In this document: positions 20,534 through 29,149 of the stretch, in pieces
Layout of the letters: the number at the start of each line of letters is the position of its first letter
How positions within the stretch are numbered: the first letter of the stretch is position 1
Virus record (IMG/VR): IMGVR_UViG_3300009104_000008
Span: 1-64,000 of that record
Reading direction: 5' to 3' (one strand)
Length of the DNA stretch: 64,000 bases
From: a virus
Translations under genes and position numbers: made by a program
Notes under the pieces: generated by a model
Seen by the model: only the letters and a program-made list of their open reading frames with translations
The model's database searches: none
What the model was told of the DNA's origin: nothing

Positions 20534-20952
20534 TCATTCATTGTTAAAAATGTTGGGCTAATCGTATTCTCATTCTCATAATTAGCACCATAATTAGCGG
20601 GGGGAGGGGGAGTTGGAAGGCCAAAAGTAGGATTATACTGTTGCTCGTATTGGCGCATAGTATCTCTAACTCTCTTTCTATTTTCCTCTTCTCTTTGTTT
20701 CCTTGCCCAATATTGGTCTATTTTTCTTTGAAGCAATGCATCTTCAATTCTATCGAATAGAGCCAAATCAAATACTGCCTTCAAAATCATTATCCCACCT
20801 ATGGTTAGGATGCCGAATAATAAGGCATGGCTATATCCCGCATATGGAAACAAAAATCCATATTGAGTATAGAAGTATATATTTACTCCACTAACTGCGC
20901 CCACAAATAAAATCGTCATTACTAATCTTGTATCATCTTCTAAACTTGGCAT
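20530..20952 (-). CDS. Two-TM membrane protein with coiled coil and Pro-rich tail
   Basis: Two hydrophobic stretches, then KQREEENRKR and PTPPPP. Confidence 0.7.
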   Translation of the reverse strand: MPSLEDDTRLVMTILFVGAVSGVNIYFYTQYGFLFPYAGYSHALLFGILTIGGIMILKAVFDLALFDRIEDALLQRKIDQYWARKQREEENRKRVRDTMRQYEQQYNPTFGLPTPPPPANYGANYENENTISPTFLTMNE

Positions 20953-20960
20953 TTAATCAC

Positions 20961-21260
20961 CTATGCAAAATTAACAGACACAGAACCAGAACCCGTTGAA
21001 AATTCAACATATAGCCCTTGCGCTAAGATTGCCCCATGAAAGTCATACTCAATAGATTGAGCAGTTCCACCCGCATGAAGATTTAAACGGGCTACTTCTT
21101 TCTTGCTTGTTGTCGTGCTGTTTGCGCTATCCCATATTTTAACAGTAAATAACGCGTTCGTGGTTGATGTAGCATAAATGCTAATTAACTTGGTTCTATC
21201 TGTTGATACCACTTTTGAGGCAGATATTACCCCGCTTGTGCTACATGATGGACTTCCCAT
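20961..21260 (-). CDS. Small beta-rich putative virion protein
   Basis: 99 aa, beta-sandwich-like pattern; downstream of capsid genes. Confidence 0.55.
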   Translation of the reverse strand: MGSPSCSTSGVISASKVVSTDRTKLISIYATSTTNALFTVKIWDSANSTTTSKKEVARLNLHAGGTAQSIEYDFHGAILAQGLYVEFSTGSGSVSVNFA

Positions 21261-21302
21261 TTACAACCCTCATCTCGTCAAAGTGGATTTGCCTTATCAA
21301 CC

Positions 21303-21707
21303 TTATGCTGAATCAGAAGATTCAACAGAGGGTTTGGCCTCCACCTTCGGTTTTAATTCCTTTTTAGGGGTTTCTTTAACCGTTTTTTTCTCAGCCTTTA
21401 TTGGCTTAGTTTTCTTAGGAATAATGGTTTTCTTTGTAGGAAACATTTTTTCTGCTACATCTTTAGCAGTTCCTGTTAAATTGAATTCTCTTTGTAATAG
21501 TGCTAAGTCATAATCAGACATTGTTAATATGGTTTTCTTATCATCTTCAATAAATTTTACTATTAACCCTGCATCACCTAACATACCTGCTGCTATATTT
21601 GCAGGTATATCAACATCTGAATCATATTTAATTTCATAGACTACTCCGCCTCTTCTTAATACAAGAGGGCCGTCATGTTTTGGTTTTGTTAATTTTACTT
21701 TACTCAT
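21303..21707 (-). CDS. Hypothetical protein with K/E/P-rich tail
   Basis: Likely start ATG 21707 (MSKVK) with GGTGA RBS; the upstream extension in the ORF track runs into a hairpin. Confidence 0.65.
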   Translation of the reverse strand: MSKVKLTKPKHDGPLVLRRGGVVYEIKYDSDVDIPANIAAGMLGDAGLIVKFIEDDKKTILTMSDYDLALLQREFNLTGTAKDVAEKMFPTKKTIIPKKTKPIKAEKKTVKETPKKELKPKVEAKPSVESSDSA

Positions 21708-21720
21708 TTTTTTCACCTTT

Positions 21721-21768
21721 AAAAAAATTAGCGACCCCACCCCTCCCATTTAGAAGGGATGAGGCCGC
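21721..21768 (-). terminator. Hairpin plus U-tract after the capsid/decoration genes
   Basis: GCGGCCUCAUCCCUUCU-AAAU-GGGAGGGGUGGGGUCGC is a 17-bp stem with five G:U pairs (minus strand only), followed by UAAUUUUUUU. Confidence 0.75.
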
Positions 21769-21801
21769 ATATTATTATGGTTTAATTTTCAGTTATCAGA
21801 G

Positions 21802-22155
21802 TCAAAGGTTGCCCCAAACTCTTACTCTAACAGAGCCGCCATTAGCGTCATTAGCCAAAGTAGCGTTAGTTCCGTCTAATGCTGTAAACATAAGAGCAAA
21901 AGATGTTGCGCTCTCATAAGCACCTGTAGCACCAATCTCTACTAAGGGTAATACTGCGTTAGCGTTATCAGAGCCAGTTATAGAAACAGCGTGAACTGAT
22001 GATAGACCTAATGCAGAGGCAGGTATTACTGAACCTGCCGCTACAATAGATGTTACATCAATTAATGCATCCACCATGTATTCATCGCCCATGACCTTTG
22101 GGGTTGTTACACCCTTATGGTCAGCAAGCAATGTTACTGTATATGCTAAAGCCAT
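21802..22155 (-). CDS. Putative capsid decoration / minor head protein
   Basis: Small A/V/S/T-rich protein directly after the MCP. Confidence 0.55.
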   Translation of the reverse strand: MALAYTVTLLADHKGVTTPKVMGDEYMVDALIDVTSIVAAGSVIPASALGLSSVHAVSITGSDNANAVLPLVEIGATGAYESATSFALMFTALDGTNATLANDANGGSVRVRVWGNL

Positions 22156-22166
22156 TCTTAATCAAC

Positions 22167-23543
22167 TCACGCACTCTTAATGTTGGTAATCTTACCCTGC
22201 CCTTTGAAGAAGGAACAGCAAGTTTCGCCCATTGTGCGATACATACCCTGATTCCCTAGTTTTCCGACACCAAATGGGTTTCCGTTGGTAATACCATCCT
22301 CAAAGTATTGAGTAGGCTTCATCACAGATAACCACAAATGGTCTGTATCTAAGAACAACATATCACTTAGAGTGTTTGTTGTGTTAGCACCAGTTGAACC
22401 CATATCCTTTGCAGGAATTAATGGGATATCAAAGTAAGTTGCTACCCTAAATCCAGCCTCAGTTCCCTTTACACCCTTTACACCATTATGGGTAGGAACA
22501 ATCTCTTTCCTGTCCATAAATCGCTCTTGGCTCTGTAGTAGGTCAGCAATATGCTGAATTGTATCATAGCCTGTTAAGATGCACTTCGGGTTTCCACCAT
22601 TCTGGCGGATTCTGCGAATCATGCTATTAATCATGCTTAAAGTTAGAACCCTAGCATCAGAAGCAGCATATCCATCACCGAAATCAACCTCAGCATCTAA
22701 GTAAGATGCAGTTCCGGTTGCGGCGTTAGATGAGATACTTACTGTTCTTGATGTTCCAAAGATATTCACTACATCTGCAACAACTGCAGAGTTATCTCCG
22801 TTGTTAGCACCTGTGTTTAATTCGTTAGCATTATACATTGCGGCAATTTCTCCTGCTGAAGATACAATCTTTAATAGAGAAGTGTAGTTTCTCTCAATGT
22901 CTGTTGCAGTTCCATCATCATAGTTCTCAAATGGCATTACTAACATTCTGCTCTGTGTTTCTGCGTGATGCTTACCCATATCCTCACGGATAATAGCGCG
23001 TATATCGCCTACTCCGTCATCAATAGCCGCTAATTCCATTCCAAGTTCTGAGAACTCAAACAGATGAGCAACTGTCTTAGGGCTAACATAAAGTTTAGCA
23101 TACTCAGGTGATAATGGCCTAAATCCATTTGCACCATCTAATGTTGCGTTTTCCTCAACTCCACCAATTTGGTCTGAGCGAGGGGTTGATAAATCTGCAG
23201 TATTTGCAGCAACCGCAGTTGTTCCTAGTCCAAAGGAAGAACCACTACCACCAGTAGGTCGGCTCTTTAGAACCCTCCAACCGCTTGAAGTGTATGGCCT
23301 CTTTGCTAAGATAGAAAGAGGATTAACCTCTTGATTTAGCATAGACCATACTTTCTGTCCGTAAAGAACATTGTATAGGTCGCCTAATCCACTAGCGGCA
23401 CTAAACGGGTTTGATGCGGCATCATGGGGCGTTCCGAATCCACCAACAACACCAGAACTCTTCAATAGAGCATTACCAGCAGGGCCAGTTAATCCGTATG
23501 TTGCGGCTTCTAAGTCTTTTAATGTGTTTGTATATCCTGTCAT
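22167..23543 (-). CDS. Major capsid protein (HK97 fold)
   Basis: Follows the protease; YGQKVWSMLNQEVNPLSILAKRP, PKTVAHLFEFSE, DIPLIP, MLFLDT motifs. Confidence 0.9.
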   Translation of the reverse strand: MTGYTNTLKDLEAATYGLTGPAGNALLKSSGVVGGFGTPHDAASNPFSAASGLGDLYNVLYGQKVWSMLNQEVNPLSILAKRPYTSSGWRVLKSRPTGGSGSSFGLGTTAVAANTADLSTPRSDQIGGVEENATLDGANGFRPLSPEYAKLYVSPKTVAHLFEFSELGMELAAIDDGVGDIRAIIREDMGKHHAETQSRMLVMPFENYDDGTATDIERNYTSLLKIVSSAGEIAAMYNANELNTGANNGDNSAVVADVVNIFGTSRTVSISSNAATGTASYLDAEVDFGDGYAASDARVLTLSMINSMIRRIRQNGGNPKCILTGYDTIQHIADLLQSQERFMDRKEIVPTHNGVKGVKGTEAGFRVATYFDIPLIPAKDMGSTGANTTNTLSDMLFLDTDHLWLSVMKPTQYFEDGITNGNPFGVGKLGNQGMYRTMGETCCSFFKGQGKITNIKSA

Positions 23544-23556
23544 TTAATTCATCTCC

Positions 23557-24750
23557 TTAAAATTTCCTCGCTAAATTGTGAATATCTCCCCATGACATAT
23601 CTGATAAATCATCTATGCTTGTTGGGAAGCCTTCAGGTAGAGAAACTGTTGATTCCTCTTTTACTATTTGCGAATTTTCTGTTGTTAATGATTTGCGTAG
23701 GTCTGCGAACTGCTCCTTTAGTTCGGCTACTTCTGAACGAGCGTCATATTCATTTCGCTCTACAGTTGCCTTTCTAACTGATTGCTCTGTAGCAAACCTT
23801 TCCTCAAATTGCTTGTTCATACTATCATAAGCAATCTTTTCTAGTTGTTCTGCCTTATACTGTTCGTATGCCTTTTCGACATTCTCTGCAGTTAAGTCAA
23901 GCGTGGTGAATTCAGCCGAATCCCATTCTTTTGAAACCTTTAGTGGAGCAGGTGTTGCAGTTGGCGTTCCACCACTTACTACTTCTTCTCCGGCTTCATA
24001 ATCACGGGTGCTATCTTCATCCAGTGCTTTTTCTGCTTCATCTTCGCCTAAAGACTCGTCAGATAACTCTAACTCCTCTTCGGCATCACTCTCAGTTTCC
24101 ATGTATTCCATGTCTGCCTCAAGTGGCGTTTCTTCCTCCTTTTGGAGTTCATTAACCTGCTTCATTAGGTCATTCAACTCCTCAAGGGCTTTTTCCAATT
24201 TTTCTGTCATTTTCTTTTCACCTTTGTTTTTTTCTTCTTTTAATATGTCAAATTTTGCTTCGGGGTTTATTCCTTTTTCACATATTGTGACTTCGTGTAA
24301 CTCTAACTCGTCAATTTCATTATATTCGCCAAAATCATCTGATTTTCTTTTGCGCTTTGAAATTGCTTGTCCTCCTATACTAAATGAGCGTAATGTGCCT
24401 TTTCTAATACTTCTTGATATTTCTTTGGCCTTTTCAATATCATCTCTTAATTTAATAACAACATAAAATCCTACATCATCAACATGAGATTTATGGACTA
24501 CTCCGTTCTTATCTCTATAAGAATCTACTACTTCTCCTACTTGAACATTTGAATGATTAGACATTACATTTCTGAATTTCTTTTCTCCCATGTAATCTTT
24601 AACTGCTTTTTGTAATGCTTGTAAAGTAATTAAATCATTTTGCTTGTCTACCATTTCTATTGAAGCATATCCACCTATAATTAAATCATCTGACTTTAGT
24701 ATTGTGAAGCCTTTGGTTTCTTGTTCCATTAGAACTGGTTGCTCTAACAT
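23557..24750 (-). CDS. Prohead protease fused to scaffold
   Basis: IGGYASIEMVDKQND, NH, SFSIGG (catalytic Ser), LHEVTICEKGINPEA are HK97-type protease motifs; acidic coiled-coil C-half. Confidence 0.9.
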   Translation of the reverse strand: MLEQPVLMEQETKGFTILKSDDLIIGGYASIEMVDKQNDLITLQALQKAVKDYMGEKKFRNVMSNHSNVQVGEVVDSYRDKNGVVHKSHVDDVGFYVVIKLRDDIEKAKEISRSIRKGTLRSFSIGGQAISKRKRKSDDFGEYNEIDELELHEVTICEKGINPEAKFDILKEEKNKGEKKMTEKLEKALEELNDLMKQVNELQKEEETPLEADMEYMETESDAEEELELSDESLGEDEAEKALDEDSTRDYEAGEEVVSGGTPTATPAPLKVSKEWDSAEFTTLDLTAENVEKAYEQYKAEQLEKIAYDSMNKQFEERFATEQSVRKATVERNEYDARSEVAELKEQFADLRKSLTTENSQIVKEESTVSLPEGFPTSIDDLSDMSWGDIHNLARKF

Positions 24751-24779
24751 GAACTACACTTCGACTTTCACTATATGAA

Positions 24780-27326
24780 CTAAGCGGGGTTGCCTTCGGG
24801 CAGGGGTAAATTTTTATACCTATCTTCAGTAATATCCCATAAACCATCGTCTTCTTTTGATTCTAACATAGTTTGTTTTGTTCCTGTCCAAACAACCCAA
24901 TGCTTTTTATCATTCAAAGGAACGACCCTAAGATGTAATCTAGTGTCAAATTTATCCCCTTGTATCTTAAATTCATGATAACCGTGTCTTTGAACGCCAA
25001 GAGTAATAATTCCTTTATCTAATATTTTACCTTCTCTAGCATTACCTAAAACAACTTTGGCAGGAAATTTATTAGATTTACCAAATAAGTTATAAACATC
25101 AGAAGTATCTTCAATATCTATTAACCACGCTAGTCTTTTTTCATTTACAATATAAATTAATAAAAGATTATCATCTTCAGTAGTTGTAATTGTGAATTTA
25201 CCTTTTTTTGGGTTAATTTTCTCATCTTTTGCTATTGCAGATGGGTTTGCTGAAAATTTATCATTAGCGCGGTCATAAACAATATCTTCTTGTTTAATTA
25301 GCCACTTTTTCAATTTCTTAGAATCTCCATCAAACGCTGGCCCTTCAAAATGTTCAATATAATTTTCTAACACAAATTCTTGTATTGTATCAAATTCTAC
25401 TTGGTCATCCCATTCAATTAATTTATTTTTAATGCCCATTCTTAATTCAGAACGCACACTTTTAAGCGCAATTTGTAAATCTTCTTTCCAAACATCTATA
25501 TCATATAGTGCTTGTTTCTCCATTAAACTATCACCATTAAAACCGTAAATAGTAAATCCATCTAAATTAGATTTCATAAGAATTTCTGCTTCCCCATGTA
25601 TTTCATCAGTAATATACATTTTCTTTACGCCTTTTAATTTATATTGAAATGGCTTATCTAAATCTTCCCAAATTGATTTCTTGGCTTTGTCTGATAACAA
25701 CTCTAAAGTCTCTAATTTATCTGATTGAGTTACTTCAGGGATTTCAATAACCTTTGCTGAAAATAAACTAAAACCTTCTTTAGTTTTCTTTACCTCATCC
25801 ACCTTAACTCTAACAATACTACCCACCTTAACAGATTGCTTAGTATTTAGTGCTTTACCTACAGAAAGATAGGCTTTATCTTTTAATTCTACAGTCTTAT
25901 ATGAACGGGCTTGTTCAGCAGTTAATGGGCCTATACCTAAAGTATATGAATGAAGCCCACTTTTTGTTTCTTTACTATCTAAAATAATAACATCTAAATC
26001 AACAAATTTCTTCCATTTAACCCACTTAGGGTTTTTCTTAGAACCTAACTGGTAAGTAGATTCAATGTCCTTAATTACAACTCCCTCAGAAGCAGGTAAA
26101 TTCATTATTTCCTCCGCATAATCACCTACTTCTTTTATAGAATCTGCAATTCTAGTATCTTTCTTTGAAGGATATGCCAATTCTTCAGATGAATGTTGGG
26201 CATATTGATATAGCAGAATATTAATTCTTTCTCTCAAAGGTTCATCTAATAAATCCTTATCATCATGTTCCATAATATCAAATACATGAAGCCTTAATTG
26301 ACCACCCTCAATGGGCTTCTTAAAAATGTGTGAAATTGTGGCGGCTCTATGAAGTGCTTTACCATTTTTAAATAGCATTAACTCCCCATCTAAAATACAA
26401 TTGCCTATATGTTTCTTATCTAACCTTTCTATTTGTTCTGAACATTTATCAGAAATATCTTTTTGATTATAAGAAAGGATTTTAATTGTTTTACCGTTTT
26501 TATGAATTTGCACTCTCATGCCGTCATATTTTTCTTGAATTACATATTCACCAGAAAAACCTTTCAGTTGCTCTAGGTCTTTTAATTCAAATATCCTATA
26601 CATTGGTTTATTAGGAACTAGGAAATTAATCTCTGACTTCTCAGCCTCGCTTTTCTCAGATTTTTTAATATCTATCTCAATTAACGCATTCCATTCCTTT
26701 TCATTATATTCCTCAAGAAACACCTTTTTTAGTATAGATAAAACACTCTTAAATTTGGTTTTGATGCGCTTAGTATCTTTATCTTCCCCATAGTGCTCTG
26801 AAATGTATAAGGGTATATCTTTCATCTCTAAATCTAATCCATTTGCATTTTGAGTTATTTCATCGGGCTTAAGGCCGTGTTTTTCCCATGCCGATGCGGG
26901 GATTGGTAGGGAATGTTTGCGAAGGGCATAGTGAATAAAGGCGGCGAAGACACTAGAATTACTGAGTAATACATCAATTACTTCTTCGCCTAACTGATTA
27001 GCGAATGGGTCGCCAACTTCTTTAGAATCAAACCTCATTTCTTTGACTGCATCATATAGCCTCTTGGCTTGAGTTGATTCAGGGTTTTCAGCCCCATCAT
27101 CAAATAAGTTATCTTCATCAATGTATTTCTTTAATACTCTAGTAAAAGAATCTAAACCATCAAACGACTCACGAATAGACTTAACTGTTGCTCTCCATTT
27201 TTTACCGTATTTATTTGGGTCTTCTTTTGCAGATAAGTAAGAATAGCGAGTCCTCTCAAAGAAATCTAAAACACGCTTGGATAGCGCATTTTTTTCTTTT
27301 TCAAAGGAAACGCCAGATATAGCCAT
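24780..27326 (-). CDS. lig: ATP-dependent DNA ligase with N- and C-terminal extensions
   Basis: EKYDGMR (motif I), LDGEL, VFDIM, EGVVIK, WVKWKK, then an OB-like domain. Confidence 0.9.
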   Translation of the reverse strand: MAISGVSFEKEKNALSKRVLDFFERTRYSYLSAKEDPNKYGKKWRATVKSIRESFDGLDSFTRVLKKYIDEDNLFDDGAENPESTQAKRLYDAVKEMRFDSKEVGDPFANQLGEEVIDVLLSNSSVFAAFIHYALRKHSLPIPASAWEKHGLKPDEITQNANGLDLEMKDIPLYISEHYGEDKDTKRIKTKFKSVLSILKKVFLEEYNEKEWNALIEIDIKKSEKSEAEKSEINFLVPNKPMYRIFELKDLEQLKGFSGEYVIQEKYDGMRVQIHKNGKTIKILSYNQKDISDKCSEQIERLDKKHIGNCILDGELMLFKNGKALHRAATISHIFKKPIEGGQLRLHVFDIMEHDDKDLLDEPLRERINILLYQYAQHSSEELAYPSKKDTRIADSIKEVGDYAEEIMNLPASEGVVIKDIESTYQLGSKKNPKWVKWKKFVDLDVIILDSKETKSGLHSYTLGIGPLTAEQARSYKTVELKDKAYLSVGKALNTKQSVKVGSIVRVKVDEVKKTKEGFSLFSAKVIEIPEVTQSDKLETLELLSDKAKKSIWEDLDKPFQYKLKGVKKMYITDEIHGEAEILMKSNLDGFTIYGFNGDSLMEKQALYDIDVWKEDLQIALKSVRSELRMGIKNKLIEWDDQVEFDTIQEFVLENYIEHFEGPAFDGDSKKLKKWLIKQEDIVYDRANDKFSANPSAIAKDEKINPKKGKFTITTTEDDNLLLIYIVNEKRLAWLIDIEDTSDVYNLFGKSNKFPAKVVLGNAREGKILDKGIITLGVQRHGYHEFKIQGDKFDTRLHLRVVPLNDKKHWVVWTGTKQTMLESKEDDGLWDITEDRYKNLPLPEGNPA

Positions 27327-27341
27327 TAACTACACTCTCAA

Positions 27342-27797
27342 TCAATTCTGAGCGTGACCGGATAATCCAGAAACATCTCTTAATTCAAATAATTGGTTAT
27401 TAAGTCGCTTTGCTTCTGCAAAAAATCTATCTTCTGATATTAACTTATTAGTGTATTTATTTACTAATTCACTATATTCTTCATGTAACATCGCTACCGT
27501 ATCTCGTAATTCATCTTCACCTGTATAATCATATTTTGCAAACGCATCAAATACAGCATTTAAAGATTTAATTATGTCATCTGCTTTACCAACATAACCA
27601 TATCCTTCATCACCTGTTGGATTTTTTATCTTTTCTTCAGATGGATTTTTCTTAGGTCTTTTTAATTTAATATCTTCACCCATTGTATCTGCATCATTAG
27701 CCACAGTAGTTCCATCTTGGAACTCGGCTAATACTTCCTTCGCTTTCATTATTGCTACTTCAACTAATTTTTCTTCTTTTGTTACTTTTTCAGGCAT
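27342..27797 (-). CDS. Hypothetical head-region protein
   Basis: In operon; charged and helical. Confidence 0.65.
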   Translation of the reverse strand: MPEKVTKEEKLVEVAIMKAKEVLAEFQDGTTVANDADTMGEDIKLKRPKKNPSEEKIKNPTGDEGYGYVGKADDIIKSLNAVFDAFAKYDYTGEDELRDTVAMLHEEYSELVNKYTNKLISEDRFFAEAKRLNNQLFELRDVSGLSGHAQN

Positions 27798-27798
27798 T

Positions 27799-28038
27799 TC
27801 AATTCACCCCTAATTGTTCAACGATTTTATGTATGTCATCCCATTCCATCTTAGAAATAATATCACCTGTTGGGGTTGCATTATTACCCATTGCTGGTTT
27901 AGGAGTATTAACCTTAACATAACCAGATTTCATTAATAGGTTATCTTGATTATACACCGTTTCTTCTAAACTTTTTACTTTTTCTACTAACTCTTTTAAG
28001 AGCATTAACATTTCATTTTCTTCTGTCATTTTATTCAC
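27799..28038 (-). CDS. Small coiled-coil protein with scaffold-like C-terminal motif
   Basis: Ends SKMEWDDIHKIVEQL, similar to the scaffold end SDMSWGDIHNLARKF. Confidence 0.65.
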   Translation of the reverse strand: MNKMTEENEMLMLLKELVEKVKSLEETVYNQDNLLMKSGYVKVNTPKPAMGNNATPTGDIISKMEWDDIHKIVEQLGVN

Positions 28039-28039
28039 C

Positions 28040-28360
28040 TCAATATCGTGGGTCTATTCCCAATTCCTTATAATCTCTTTCCATCAATTTTTCTAATAAA
28101 CGAAATTCTTTTGAGTTATCATCAAATGGGTTTTCATTCCAAATTTTTTCAAGTATTACTCTTCCACTATTTTGATATTTATCCTGCATATCATTTAGTT
28201 CTCTAAAATCTGCTTCTCTGCTTTCCATATATTCCTTCACTGATTTTTCTGTAGTTTGTCCTTCTTCAAATTCTGCTTGATTTAGTTCTAACCAAGTTTG
28301 AAACGAATACTCTTTCTTAATTGTTTTATCTTTTTTAACTGTTGTTTTCCAATCATTCAT
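28040..28360 (-). CDS. Hypothetical protein, W-tag family
   Basis: Likely start 28360, MNDWKTTVKK. Confidence 0.6.
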   Translation of the reverse strand: MNDWKTTVKKDKTIKKEYSFQTWLELNQAEFEEGQTTEKSVKEYMESREADFRELNDMQDKYQNSGRVILEKIWNENPFDDNSKEFRLLEKLMERDYKELGIDPRY

Positions 28361-28607
28361 GTTCTTCATCTTCCTCATATTCAAAATCTTCTAACAGCAT
28401 ATCTTCATATTCAGATAATCCTATTCTATATGCTGTGGAATCTACTTGTTCTAAAACCCAAGATGGAGAATAGGATAAACTACCTATTTTAATTTCACCT
28501 TGTTCATCTAACGCTTCATTAAATAAATCTCTAATATCTGATTCACTATATTCCTCACGAAACGCTTTCTCTTTTTTATCTTCTTTTAATATATCTTTCC
28601 AACTCAT
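28353..28607 (-). CDS. Acidic hypothetical protein, W-tag family
   Basis: Starts MSWKDILKE. Confidence 0.7.
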   Translation of the reverse strand: MSWKDILKEDKKEKAFREEYSESDIRDLFNEALDEQGEIKIGSLSYSPSWVLEQVDSTAYRIGLSEYEDMLLEDFEYEEDEEHE

Positions 28608-29149
28608 TTCATATCACCTTTACTTTTTGGATATACAATCCCTCTTAATTGATTGTATAGAGTTTCATAATCTTTTCTTAATTCTGCGGCAGATGCTACA
28701 ATATCTAAATTAGTTTCTTCAAAACCTTTCATCTTTTTAGATAATTTTTCATCTGACTTAATCAAATCTAACTTTTGCATTTCATCTATTAAATTAGATA
28801 GTTTAGTTAAATCTTGTCCAAAGTATTCAGTTGGTTGAGCAGACTGTAATACTTTCTTTAATCTCTTTTTCTCCTTACCTTCTAATTTAGAAAGAAGACC
28901 AATATCTGCCTTTTCAAGTGTTTTCTTTTTATCTGGCATAAATAAGAAAGGGTCAAGGTCTTTAGTCCAATCTTTAGTAGGTAAATCTAATTCATTATAA
29001 CAACTCTCACAAAGGGTTGCGCTTTCTCCTTTCTTGCCCGAATGAAAGTCTTTTGGCATAGACTCGACAGGATGGGATTCTCCATCTTCAATTCTATCCC
29101 CACATTCATCACAAAATTCATCTGCTTTTAATATATCTTTCCAACTCAT
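28604..29149 (-). CDS. Zn-finger hypothetical protein, W-tag family
   Basis: Starts MSWKDILKA; CDEC...CESC. Confidence 0.7.
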   Translation of the reverse strand: MSWKDILKADEFCDECGDRIEDGESHPVESMPKDFHSGKKGESATLCESCYNELDLPTKDWTKDLDPFLFMPDKKKTLEKADIGLLSKLEGKEKKRLKKVLQSAQPTEYFGQDLTKLSNLIDEMQKLDLIKSDEKLSKKMKGFEETNLDIVASAAELRKDYETLYNQLRGIVYPKSKGDMK

